A stretch of DNA of 64,000 bases from Coleofasciculus sp. B1-GNL1-01. Lineage in GTDB: Bacteria; Cyanobacteriota; Cyanobacteriia; Cyanobacteriales; Coleofasciculaceae. Below are positions 1 through 8,950 of the stretch, piece after piece. The stretch is taken from NCBI GenBank assembly GCA_040220235.1, contig JAVJTO010000055.1; one strand, given 5' to 3'. The position numbers and the translations under genes were made by a program. The notes under the pieces were generated by a model. The model searched no databases, was not told where the DNA came from, and was given only the letters and a program-made list of their open reading frames with translations. Within the stretch, counting starts at the first letter, position 1, and the number at the start of each line of letters is the position of its first letter.

Positions 1-8
1 AAATTGAG

Positions 9-1655
9 ATGGGCGAAATGAATACAGCCGACATGCTAGTCAGATGCCTAGAAAATGAAGGCGTCGAATATGTGTTTGGATTGCCGGGAGAAGAGAACTT
101 GCATGTGTTAGAAGCACTCAAGCACTCCTCCATTCAATTCATCACCACCCGCCATGAACAAGGGGCAGCCTTTATGGCGGATTTGTATGGGCGTTTAACT
201 GGAAAGGCGGGCGTCTGCCTTTCGACATTAGGACCAGGGGCAACCAACTTAATGACGGGGGTAGCTGATGCTAACCTCGATGGTGCCCCGGTGGTAGCGA
301 TTACGGGACAAGTGGGAACCGATCGCATGCATATCGAATCCCACCAATACTTGGACTTGGTGGCAATGTTTGCCCCGGTTACCAAGTGGAACACGCAAAT
401 TGTCCGTCCCAGCAATACCTCGGAAATTGTCCGTAAAGCCTTTAAGCTGGCGCAAAGTGAGAAACCGGGCGCAGTTCACATTGATCTGCCGGAAAATATT
501 GCCGCCATGCCCGTTTCGGGGGAACCCCTGAATAAAGATGAACGGGAGAAAACCTATGCCTCATTCCGGAGTATTGGCAAAGCCGCCGTTGCCATCTCCA
601 AGGCAAAAAATCCTTTAATCTTAGTCGGGAATGGGGCAATCCGCGCCCATGCAGCCGAAGCCCTGACAGAGTTTGCCACCCGGATGAATATCCCGGTGAT
701 CAACAGTTTTATGGGCAAAGGCGTGATTCCCTATACCCATCCCCTTGCCCTATGGACTATGGGATTACAACAGCGTGATCACGTTAGCTGTGCCTTTGAT
801 CAAACGGACTTAGTGATTGCGGTGGGTTACGATTTAATCGAATATTCGCCGAAGAAATGGAATCCAGAGGGCAAGATTCCGATTATTCACATTGGCGCTG
901 CCCATGCGGAAATTGACAGTAGCTTTATTCCGTTGGTGGAAGTGGTTGGCGATATTTCCGATTCGCTGAATGAAATTATGAAACAAGCGGATCGGGAAGG
1001 CAAGGCGACACCCCATGCGGTGGAATTACGGTCTGATATTCGGGCAGATTATGAACAATATGCCAATGATGAGGCGTTTCCAGTTAAGCCGCAAAAACTC
1101 ATCTATGACTTACGTCAGGTGATGGGACCTGAAGATATTGTTATCTCCGATGTCGGTGCCCATAAAATGTGGATGGCACGCCATTACCACTGCGATCGCC
1201 CTAACACTTGTATTATCTCCAATGGTTTTGCCGCCATGGGGATTGCCATGCCGGGCGCGATCGCGGCAAAATTAGTTCATCCGGATCGGAATGTCGTCGC
1301 GGTGACGGGTGATGGCGGTTTTATGATGAATTGCCAGGAACTAGAAACCGCCCTGCGAGTTGGTACCAATTTTGTCACCTTGATTTTCAATGATGGTGGC
1401 TATGGCTTGATTGAGTGGAAACAACACAATCAATTTGGTGACTCAGCATTTATTAAATTTGGCAATCCTGATTTTGTCAAGTTTGCCGAAAGTATGGGGT
1501 TAAAAGGCTATCGGGTGAATTCAGTGGCGGAGTTTATTCCCACGCTGCAAGAAGCCTTAAAGCAAGATGTACCGACGGTCATTGATTGCCCTGTAGACTA
1601 TGGCGAAAATCTCCGCTTTAGTCAAAAAGCTGGGGATTTGAGTTGTAAGATGTAG
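9..1655 (+). CDS. TPP-dependent acetolactate-synthase-like protein, most likely the cyanobacterial 2-oxoglutarate decarboxylase
   Basis: N-term FGLPGEEN/RHEQGAAFMAD, GPGATN and C-term GDGG...N TPP motif; N-terminus closely resembles my recollection of the cyanobacterial 2-OG decarboxylase (sll1981/A2770 type). Confidence 0.85.
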   Translation: MGEMNTADMLVRCLENEGVEYVFGLPGEENLHVLEALKHSSIQFITTRHEQGAAFMADLYGRLTGKAGVCLSTLGPGATNLMTGVADANLDGAPVVAITGQVGTDRMHIESHQYLDLVAMFAPVTKWNTQIVRPSNTSEIVRKAFKLAQSEKPGAVHIDLPENIAAMPVSGEPLNKDEREKTYASFRSIGKAAVAISKAKNPLILVGNGAIRAHAAEALTEFATRMNIPVINSFMGKGVIPYTHPLALWTMGLQQRDHVSCAFDQTDLVIAVGYDLIEYSPKKWNPEGKIPIIHIGAAHAEIDSSFIPLVEVVGDISDSLNEIMKQADREGKATPHAVELRSDIRADYEQYANDEAFPVKPQKLIYDLRQVMGPEDIVISDVGAHKMWMARHYHCDRPNTCIISNGFAAMGIAMPGAIAAKLVHPDRNVVAVTGDGGFMMNCQELETALRVGTNFVTLIFNDGGYGLIEWKQHNQFGDSAFIKFGNPDFVKFAESMGLKGYRVNSVAEFIPTLQEALKQDVPTVIDCPVDYGENLRFSQKAGDLSCKM

Positions 1656-1683
1656 GTCTTAGAACTGGCGTTTTCTGAGTGGA

Positions 1684-1711
1684 GTAGGGGCGATTCATGT
1701 ATTGCCCCTAC
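1684..1711. repeat. GTAG-type REP-like hairpin downstream of the TPP enzyme gene
   Basis: gtaggggcgat-tcatgt-attgcccctac imperfect palindrome. Confidence 0.6.
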
Positions 1712-1740
1712 CCGATGGGTTTCAGTCAGACCTGAAACCT

Positions 1741-1808
1741 CTAAGCTGAAGTTCCCCCAAGCAAAAAATCAAAACTGCCTCACCTGGAAGGGGGGAAATC
1801 CAGTTTAA
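1741..1808. mobile_element. 68-bp miniature element with terminal inverted repeats matching the putative IS1634 end at 63360
   Basis: ctaagctgaagttccccc ... gggggaaatccagtttaa; left arm 17/18 identical to ctaaactgaagttccccc at 63360. Confidence 0.6.
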
Positions 1809-2104
1809 GTGTTGACAATCAAGGCTTTAATCTGCTCTTTATGGTAGGAATTCATTAAAAGCTGAGTTACAAGTTCAGGAATAAAAGCTGTATTGTGTAA
1901 TTTGCAAAGTTGAACAAGTCGATTTATCAATACTGCATCTATCTTTTTTGACATTACACGCTCGGATTCAGGGAAATTGGCTATGAAAATATATTCGTCA
2001 TTCTGCTTCTGCGATTGTTGTATTACATAACCAGCTTTGTAAAGCAGGTAGATCGCCGAACGTAGTTCCCCACGAGTCCGATTGTGTCCGAATACTTCAA
2101 TCAA
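1805..2104 (-). pseudogene. Probable detached C-terminal part of the NYN protein (or a small hypothetical protein)
   Basis: TTG start overlaps the NYN stop in another frame; its stop codon is supplied by the mini-element IR. Confidence 0.35.
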
Positions 2105-2783
2105 ATGTTTGTTTAACTTGATATAGTTTGACTATCTCAGGTGCGCTTTGGAGGAATTTCATGAATCCTCCAAACCCCAAGTTATGCTCATCAAATGCCG
2201 AGTCAATCTCAAGCATTTCGTTTTTCAGTGTAGAGAGGCTTACGCCGTCTGGAAATTTACCAAGTACACGTTCCAGCAAATCTAGTGCGTCTTCACGCAG
2301 TTGAGTTGTTTTCAGCGAGGCAGATACACCATTAGTAGTTGATTCTTCATCAATGTAAATAAATCGATTACAAGATTTCTTGACAGCCTCGCTAAGAGCA
2401 GAACGCGGTCCAACACCGACTACAGATTTACCCAACTCTCTTAAACGCCTAAACAAAGGTGAAAAATCTGAATCTCCAGTGGCAAGCACAATCCATTCCA
2501 AATCAGGAATACGAGCCAAGTACTCCATCACATCGACAACAATTTGAATGTCAGCGGAGTTTTTACCTTTTACTGGATGATAAACGTGGACAAACTCAAA
2601 ACCGAGCAAATTCAGCTCTGGCTGACGTACACTGACTGATGCAATACTGAAATCCCCATACGCTCGACGAACCACTACACGCCCTAACTCATTAGCGCGT
2701 TCTAATAACGCTTCTCCTCCATCAGCTTTCAACCAGCCTGATAGGTTTTCGACATCCAAAAAGATTGCGACTTTTTCTGCCAT
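2097..2783 (-). CDS. NYN-domain (PIN-like) ribonuclease with C-terminal OST-HTH/LOTUS domain
   Basis: AIFLDVENL, KNSADIQIVVD, LATGDSDFSPL, GKSVVGVG; C-term LSTLK...FDEHNLGFGGFMKFL. Confidence 0.85.
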   Translation of the reverse strand: MAEKVAIFLDVENLSGWLKADGGEALLERANELGRVVVRRAYGDFSIASVSVRQPELNLLGFEFVHVYHPVKGKNSADIQIVVDVMEYLARIPDLEWIVLATGDSDFSPLFRRLRELGKSVVGVGPRSALSEAVKKSCNRFIYIDEESTTNGVSASLKTTQLREDALDLLERVLGKFPDGVSLSTLKNEMLEIDSAFDEHNLGFGGFMKFLQSAPEIVKLYQVKQTFD

Positions 2784-3032
2784 TTAGGATTCTGCTGAAT
2801 TATTGCTGAGTTAATTTTTCTCACAGGACACCCTAATTCGCTTATTATCCGATACCCAGCGTCAGTCTATCAACAACTTCCTGAAACGGGCAATGCCACG
2901 GTTGCTATATTAAGGTTGTTAATCTTCAAGGAAATGTGAGACTATCCGTCAAGACCATGGCTATAGAATCGGGAAAAATGTACCAGTGCTTGCCTTGCTT
3001 CCCCTGCTCTCTAACCCCACCCCAACACTGAT

Positions 3033-4187
3033 TCAGCAGCCCCTATCTACAACCCAATCTACCTGATGGGCTTCAGTTAGATCTGGAACCTCTACGCGAT
3101 CGCGCATCCGTTGCATCACTGTTTCCGGCACTTTGGCAGCGCGAGAACGATTGCGCCGCAGCAATTCTTCCCAAGCGGCTTCCAGGTAAACAATGCGAAT
3201 TCGTGCATGGTAGGCAGAAAATAGATTAATTAAGGACGAACGCAGTTGGCGAGAGAGATTGGTCGCATTCCAAACAAAGGATTTTTCGGCTCTCATGTAG
3301 TCTTTCGCGATCGCTCTTGCTCGCTCCGCTACAGCAGTTTGGTCATCTTTGGGAGAAATCTTCATCGCTTGTCGCAGTTCATCCAGGGAGATTACTGTCC
3401 AATCGGGAAGGTTCTCCTGAATCCAAGAGTCTTTGCCAGCACCCGGTAATCCTGACATCAGGACAACCTCGAAGCGAGTGTCATCAAAAGCAGCATAGTT
3501 GGGATCGCGATCGTCTTTTTGGAAATAGACAAATCGACTATGATCTGAGGGGAATGGTTTTGGATAAAATAAGCAATTATTCTCTTGACAATATTCTCGA
3601 AAGAACTGAACACGCTCCAGCAGTTCTAGCGGATCGTCACACACGCGACCCCGAATATCCGCTTCTGCCAAAAGTGCCAGCAGGTCGCAGCGAATCACTT
3701 GACTGGCTTTAATTACGGCACGTTGCGGGTTGGGTTTGTCCCAAAACCAGAGAGGAAGACTACCATGCTGCACCAGGGAGACAATCGCCTCCCGTTGATG
3801 AAAGGGTACGTTGAGTGACCAGAGGATTTGCCGCGCCATTTTTGCCCCTTGGCGGACATGACCCTTGGAGGTGATCCTGCCATCGGCTTCAATTTCAGTA
3901 GCCGCAGGTTTTGCCACATCATGGAGTAAGGCAGCCGCAAATAGAAGCGATCGCTCAATAGGTGGTAACTCCTGCCAAGCGGGTAATGCAATTAATGCCT
4001 CACAAACCAAGCGGGTATGGGTGAGAACATCCCCTTCTGCATGGTAACGGGGGTCTTGGGGACAATCCTGAAGGGATTGAAGCCAGTCAAACTCAGCCTG
4101 AAGCGATGCCCAATCTAGCGTCCAGTCTGGAGGCGTGGGACACCAGGGAAATGACCAGCATAAGGATTGAGAAATAGAAGAAGTCAT
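3033..4187 (-). CDS. HD-domain phosphoesterase fused to P-loop polynucleotide kinase (HD-Pnk, end-healing enzyme)
   Basis: HAEGDVLTHT, ALLHDVAK, GH, HG and EAD HD motifs; GLPGAGKD Walker A, SLDELR, WNATNL, LLRRNRSR. Confidence 0.88.
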   Translation of the reverse strand: MTSSISQSLCWSFPWCPTPPDWTLDWASLQAEFDWLQSLQDCPQDPRYHAEGDVLTHTRLVCEALIALPAWQELPPIERSLLFAAALLHDVAKPAATEIEADGRITSKGHVRQGAKMARQILWSLNVPFHQREAIVSLVQHGSLPLWFWDKPNPQRAVIKASQVIRCDLLALLAEADIRGRVCDDPLELLERVQFFREYCQENNCLFYPKPFPSDHSRFVYFQKDDRDPNYAAFDDTRFEVVLMSGLPGAGKDSWIQENLPDWTVISLDELRQAMKISPKDDQTAVAERARAIAKDYMRAEKSFVWNATNLSRQLRSSLINLFSAYHARIRIVYLEAAWEELLRRNRSRAAKVPETVMQRMRDRVEVPDLTEAHQVDWVVDRGC

Positions 4188-4230
4188 ATAACACTACATC
4201 GTAAGGTGAATGTCGCTGACTTAAGCTGGG

Positions 4231-4281
4231 TTTGTAGTAGGCACTTTAGTGCCAGAAGCGCTCGCATCGCTTACTACAAAC
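4231..4281. repeat. REP-doublet-like repeat, also at about 23768-23819
   Basis: tttgtagtaggcac..gtgccagaagcgct..gc.tactac shared between both sites. Confidence 0.55.
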
Positions 4282-4411
4282 TTTAAATCAGTGGCATCTT
4301 TAGCTGGAAACCCAATCACAGCTTACTGTTTAAGTAGAGGGCAACCTCTTTCATGGCAGTGATTAGCTCAAGAATCTCCCGTCATAGTCGTAGACTTGAC
4401 GGCGAGAGTTG

Positions 4412-5194
4412 TCAAAACTGAAACAAATCGACGCCGGGACGTAGGAGATTGGGGACGATAGGGCGGTTGAGCCAATGGCTATCCGATTGCAGGATGGTGG
4501 TTGAAAAGCTAGGACGGACGTATTTGTAACGAGCCGTTACAGCCGCTCCCTCTTCAACTTTGATATATAACCCTTCCATCAGGGGACTGGGGTCAGTTTG
4601 TTTGAGACTTCGCTCCACATCCAATCCCCGTTCCTCACAGGCTTGACGGAAGCGTTCTAAATGTCCTGACTCAATGAAATTCGAGTGACCCAGCAATCCC
4701 ATTAGCTGCTTGTAGGATGTTAATACACCGGAAAACAGGACGGGTACGGAAACCAGGGGTAATCCGGCGAGTAACTCCTGGCGACGTTGGGTACTGAGAA
4801 ACTGCTGCTGTTCAACATCTAGCACATCAAATTCTAAGAAATAATGGGGTAAGGCGTCGTAAAAGACGGTGTGTTTGGCATAGAGCCATTCGCCATAGAG
4901 GATGTAGCGATCGCCCAGAACCTGCCAAAACGTTCCAGTATGACTGTACGCCCATTGTTTGAACAAGTTAAAGTGTTTTTCTCGCTCTCCTCCAGTTAAA
5001 TAATGTCCCCGGCTTTGCAACAGCATTTGCCCATCAGGAGTAAAACTGATGGCAGCATTGGCTCCATCTACTTTTTCTTCGACTACCACATATTGAGAGG
5101 CGATCGCGCTGAAAGGCACGTTATCCAAGTCTTCATCCCCCGGTTGGAGCCGTGAACCTTGGATATGAGGGGTGCGAGGGAATTTGTACATCAA
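4412..5194 (-). CDS. ATP-dependent RNA ligase (Rnl2-like nucleotidyltransferase)
   Basis: KFPRTPH, motif I EEKVDGAN, III LYGEWL, IIIa FLEFDV, IV MEGLYIK, V RYKYVR. Confidence 0.88.
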   Translation of the reverse strand: MMYKFPRTPHIQGSRLQPGDEDLDNVPFSAIASQYVVVEEKVDGANAAISFTPDGQMLLQSRGHYLTGGEREKHFNLFKQWAYSHTGTFWQVLGDRYILYGEWLYAKHTVFYDALPHYFLEFDVLDVEQQQFLSTQRRQELLAGLPLVSVPVLFSGVLTSYKQLMGLLGHSNFIESGHLERFRQACEERGLDVERSLKQTDPSPLMEGLYIKVEEGAAVTARYKYVRPSFSTTILQSDSHWLNRPIVPNLLRPGVDLFQF

Positions 5195-5296
5195 ATAACA
5201 GAAGCGTGAACTACTTCAGGTTTAGCGTAGCGGAACCGAGAGCTTCTGGCTTCACGAGGGAATGTTTCAAGACGGACTTATACCCAACTTTTGATA

Positions 5297-5923
5297 TTAC
5301 CTACCAGCCTTCAACACCTGTTCAGCCGTTAGTTTTAAATCTGGGAAGGTTGGAGAGACAATAGTCTGATTGCCCCGAAACTGCTGAATTTCATACTCCC
5401 CATCCACTAACCTACAGACAGAGAGAGTGGGTTGTTTAGGTTTTCCAATATGTCGAGTACCACCTAATCCTGCATAGTCTGCTATCCAATATTCGCAAAT
5501 GCCCAAAACTGCGTAGTCTTCGACCTTACGGGCATAATCATTTTGCCAGTTGCTACTAACTACTTCTGCCACAAATTTAATCGAACTGCCTAGCGTTAGG
5601 ATTGATTGCTCAGACCAAAGCGGTTCTTTGACGAGTTCATCTCGATCAACAACTGCAACGTCAGGTCGAAATGCTGTCATACCAACGTTAGAAGGGCGCA
5701 ATAGTCCCCGCTGAAAGACAAACCAAGGTAAGCCTATTGCGTCAATCTGGACACAGATATTTGCGCTAATGAAGGCTACAATTTCTTCATGTAAACCTGT
5801 TGGTTCCAAATCGAACACCTCTCCGTCGATCAGTTCGTAGCGGTTATCGCTACCATGACGAGCGAGAAACTCGTCAAAGCTAAGTGGCTTCTGTTGAATT
5901 GCCGGATCGACTGCAATGGTCAT
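5297..5923 (-). CDS. Uma2-family (DUF820) putative endonuclease
   Basis: RYELIDG, RPDVAVV, AEVVSSNWQNDYARKVEDYAVLGICEYWIAD. Confidence 0.9.
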   Translation of the reverse strand: MTIAVDPAIQQKPLSFDEFLARHGSDNRYELIDGEVFDLEPTGLHEEIVAFISANICVQIDAIGLPWFVFQRGLLRPSNVGMTAFRPDVAVVDRDELVKEPLWSEQSILTLGSSIKFVAEVVSSNWQNDYARKVEDYAVLGICEYWIADYAGLGGTRHIGKPKQPTLSVCRLVDGEYEIQQFRGNQTIVSPTFPDLKLTAEQVLKAGR

Positions 5924-5974
5924 AGGTCAACTGAGTCCAATTAATGCCTTAAGTCTACCAAATCGAGTATGTGA

Positions 5975-6079
5975 TATAGCAACCGCCATGGCGGTTAGGA
6001 CACATCATTTATGTAGAGACGTTGCATTTTAGTCTCTACAATGGTGCCGAAAGTCCTAATCGATGTGTCTACTGCTATA
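5975..6079. mobile_element. MITE/REPIN-like element with tatagca...tgctata ends and internal gtagagac hairpin
   Basis: terminal inverted 7-mers plus tgtagagac...gtctctaca internal palindrome. Confidence 0.5.
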
Positions 6080-6325
6080 CATAGGACGAATCAAACCTCT
6101 GATTGCTTTGCCCCAGAATATTGACAAACTTTCGACTAGAAACCAACCAAAAATTCAGTCATCTAAGGTTCCGGTTGAGCGGAGACTAACCAACTTGAAC
6201 GATAGACGAAGAGACTTTTTCTAAGAAATAATCGGGAAAGGAGTCGTACAAGACGGCGTGTTTGCTGTATGGTATGGCGGTAGTTAGATAGTTGTTTGCC
6301 CTGAGATCGCAGTTCTATGAGTTGA

Positions 6326-6360
6326 GCGATGGTCGCTACGCGAACCGCCTTCGGCATCGC
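6326..6360. repeat. HIP1 site split by a 27-nt structured insertion
   Basis: gcgat[ggtcgctacgcgaaccgccttcggcat]cgc. Confidence 0.5.
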
Positions 6361-6407
6361 CAACGCTATCCTCGTATTATCTCCTATGAATCTATAAGCC
6401 TGGAAAA

Positions 6408-6761
6408 ATGCAATTAGAAGATTATTTTGATTTCCTCAGTCCTGATGACATTCGGATAAAAGGCACAAGAATAGGGATTGAAACTGTTTTATATGATTTC
6501 ATCCATCGGTGTCGCACCCCAGAGGAAATTGCCCAGAGTTATCGAACCCTAGATTTAGAACAAGTCTACGCTACGATTCTATACTATCTGCACAACAAAG
6601 AAGCAGTCAGTACCTACCTTGCTAATTGGATTGAGCATGGTCGCAGGATGCGAGAGGAACAAAAATACAATCCTCCACCTGTTTCTGAAAAACTGCGGAA
6701 ACTGAGAGCAGAAAGAGAAGCAATGAGGAAAGCAAGTGGCACTGAAGTATCTTTTAGATGA
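6408..6761 (+). CDS. DUF433-family antitoxin
   Basis: IRIKGTRIGIETVL...TPEEIAQSYRTLDLEQVYATILYY. Confidence 0.9.
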   Translation: MQLEDYFDFLSPDDIRIKGTRIGIETVLYDFIHRCRTPEEIAQSYRTLDLEQVYATILYYLHNKEAVSTYLANWIEHGRRMREEQKYNPPPVSEKLRKLRAEREAMRKASGTEVSFR

Positions 6762-7199
6762 GAACGTCGATCGAGTTTATCAAACTCAACTTTTGCGGCA
6801 ATATCCTGAATTAATTGTTCTTATGGTAGGAGAGCCTGGTAAGCTGTCATGCATTTAAATTGGGTATTAGTAGCGAGCAAGATGCTCGCACTACAAGGAT
6901 TTCATGATTATTGATATTAAGGTTTAAATGCCGAACAGCTTAATCCTCCCAAAAGCACGCCAGATCCTGAAATTTTATGCTGGTGTGAAGCCAATGGGTT
7001 TGTTTTGGTGACTAATAATCGTGCTTCTATGCCTGTACATTTAGCCGATCATCTTGCTCAAAATCGCCACATACCTGGTATTTTTATTCTCAATCCCGAT
7101 CTAGGCATTGGTGGAAATCTCGAAGAATTAATTTTAGCTGCTCTTGCTTCCGAAGACCATGAGTATCAGGATCGGATTATTTATTTACCTCTGCCATAG
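6736..7199 (+). pseudogene. DUF5615 PIN-like toxin disrupted by a 99-bp MITE
   Basis: GTG start gives LKYLLDENVDRVYQTQLL...VGEPG; removing 6842-6940 plus one TA restores the frame NPPKSTPDPEILCWCEANGFVLVTNNRASMPVHL. Confidence 0.85.
6842..6940. mobile_element. 99-bp MITE (agctgt...acagct ends, TA target duplication)
   Basis: TA on both sides; related copies at 39232-39330 and about 21635-21877. Confidence 0.85.
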
Positions 7200-7303
7200 A
7201 GGATGTAGCGATCGCCCAGCACCTGCCGAAACGTTCCAGTATGACTGTACGCCCATTGTTTGAACAAGTTAAAGTCTTTTTCTCGCTCTCCTCCAGTTAA
7301 ATA
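7193..7303 (-). repeat. 111-bp internal fragment of the RNA ligase gene (direct copy of 4892-5002)
   Basis: 108/111 identity by manual alignment; contains a HIP1 site. Confidence 0.9.
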
Positions 7304-7518
7304 TGTCCGTTGCGAATTCGTTCCTTAGCTGCTTCCCATGAACTACCTGAGCCAGGATTCTGCAAATAGGAAGCCTTTCTCTTTGCCAGCTCTTCTTTTT
7401 GCCAATCAAGCACAGGAATTTGCTCTGGAATTTGGGCAATGCTGTCCCATAAATCTTCCAGCAGTTGTAGTTTTTCCGAGAGGGTTAACTCAAACATTTG
7501 AGTGAACTCTGTGTTCAT
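7297..7518 (-). CDS. Addiction-module antitoxin-like protein (TIGR02574 type), no toxin partner
   Basis: LTLSEKLQLLEDLWDSI...WQKEELAKRK..Y...PGSGSSWEAAKERI; ATG at 7518. Confidence 0.8.
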   Translation of the reverse strand: MNTEFTQMFELTLSEKLQLLEDLWDSIAQIPEQIPVLDWQKEELAKRKASYLQNPGSGSSWEAAKERIRNGHI

Positions 7519-7717
7519 GCTGACCTCACCATCGCAATCGGTGTCTTGCTTCAAGTTTATCACCGATAACGATATTGCTTCCTCCTCAACGGCGGATGTG
7601 CTTGAGGCGGCAAAATGTGCAGGTCAAGAACTGGCTCGATGGTTAGAGCAATCTAGAAAAGTTGGGTTGAGTCTGTCAAGTCCTTGCTTGTGAATCAGTC
7701 GGTAACGTGAAATCCAA

Positions 7718-7817
7718 CATGGCTCGATTAAGCGATCGCACTCTTGTTTGAGGTGGAGAAGCAGTGATGAGTGTCAGGTTTCATCCCGCAACCCAACCGA
7801 CAAGATCGGGCGATCGC
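7718..7817. repeat. Inter-cassette repeat R1 (two HIP1 sites plus REP-like core)
   Basis: 94/100 identical to 11216-11315. Confidence 0.9.
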
Positions 7818-7843
7818 TCACCCAGGATCTTTTCTGAGGCAAT

Positions 7844-8482
7844 TCATGAATTGTCCCTACACCCAGATGTTATTGCCTCTAATTCCAGTTCGCATTGCCT
7901 AAACACATAATTTAGTGCTGCAAAAAGTTGTTCGAGATTATATATCGTATAAGCTGCAAAATTCTTGGTAAAACGATTGTTTTGGAGTTTGCCAAACTGC
8001 CAAAGCTGACCATTCGATACGATTCCGTATATCGTCTGCTGTTCAGATTGGTCATTCATCTTCTGAATCGCCACCATTTCAGCTAAACATTGACCCCATC
8101 CTTTAGTAAAATCATCCCGTTTAGCTTCAACAGCGACAAAAAACGGCTGCTCAAATATTTCTTTTCCTAGAGGCGATCGCTTGGCTATGATATAGTCAGG
8201 TACACCGGATAATTTTTCATTATAAATTAGTGACTTGTGGCTCCACAAAGTAAACTTATCTCGATAAAGCCGATAAAGCTCTTTGAGGACTGGAAAAATA
8301 ATCGTTTCACAAATCGCATATTCTGACTCCTCAAAGGTTAATTCTTTCAGGCAAAATTCTAAATCTTCTCTAAATGATTCTCGAATATCAATTTTGCTTT
8401 CGATAATATAGTTTGTTTCTGAGGAAGTAATCTCATACTCTTTGAGGACTTCCCCAAGATTTTTGTAGGATTCAAAAGACAC
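7844..8482 (-). CDS. Cyanobacterial PD-(D/E)XK restriction-endonuclease-like protein
   Basis: LSGVPDYII, VAVEAKRDDFTKGWGQCLAEM, IYGIVSNGQLWQFGKL. Confidence 0.75.
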   Translation of the reverse strand: MSFESYKNLGEVLKEYEITSSETNYIIESKIDIRESFREDLEFCLKELTFEESEYAICETIIFPVLKELYRLYRDKFTLWSHKSLIYNEKLSGVPDYIIAKRSPLGKEIFEQPFFVAVEAKRDDFTKGWGQCLAEMVAIQKMNDQSEQQTIYGIVSNGQLWQFGKLQNNRFTKNFAAYTIYNLEQLFAALNYVFRQCELELEAITSGCRDNS

Positions 8483-8546
8483 AATAACAGATTACCTTTT
8501 TGACTTTAATTTGGTATTAAGTAGATGGACAAAATTCAAGTATCCT

Positions 8547-8618
8547 TGTCGGGTTTCATCCTTCAACCCAACCGAAAAAATCGGGCGATCGCATATTGAG
8601 TGCATGGGCATTGTTCAA
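8547..8618. repeat. Inter-cassette repeat R2
   Basis: 66/72 identical to 11270-11341; includes HIP1 and the XisI stop codon. Confidence 0.9.
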
Positions 8619-8950
8619 GCAGCACCATAGTCTGTGTACTGCCGTTTGTAAGGAGGCTGTAAACCCAACACAATATCTTCTCTCTTGACACCCATTCCAA
8701 CCAAATCCTCAGCAGGATTCTGGTCTGTCAGATTCTGCTGAAGCCAAATTTTTCCGTCTTTGATATCAAAATGGACAATACAACGATAAACTCGGTTAAG
8801 CTGTTGCCATCCCACATTCATCCATTGGTAATGATCCCGCTCCGTGTCCAAGATAAGTTGCACTTCGACCTCATCATCCGAAACATCATCCTTGGCGTAC
8901 TGGCTCAGTAATGTCTGAATGTACTCCCGATATTGAGCTACCTTGTCCAT
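8615..8950 (-). CDS. xisI: XisI-family protein
   Basis: DTERDHYQWMNVGW...HFDIKDGKIWLQQNLTD...DIVLG..PPYKRQYTDY. Confidence 0.9.
   Translation of the reverse strand: MDKVAQYREYIQTLLSQYAKDDVSDDEVEVQLILDTERDHYQWMNVGWQQLNRVYRCIVHFDIKDGKIWLQQNLTDQNPAEDLVGMGVKREDIVLGLQPPYKRQYTDYGAA

Noticed and set aside
5205..5270. IS200/IS605-like end (gtgaactac...gcttctggcttcacgagggaatg)
   Set aside because: Resemblance is from memory only, the hairpin is degenerate, and no tnpA/tnpB is nearby
4892..7303. Diversity-generating retroelement TR/VR pair
   Set aside because: Only 3 mismatches, not a convincing adenine-specific pattern; the copy is mid-gene rather than C-terminal; no RT present
7502..7693. 63-aa plus-strand ORF, possible 3' gene fragment
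   Set aside because: No recognisable motif and it overlaps the antitoxin start; may be debris but cannot be supported
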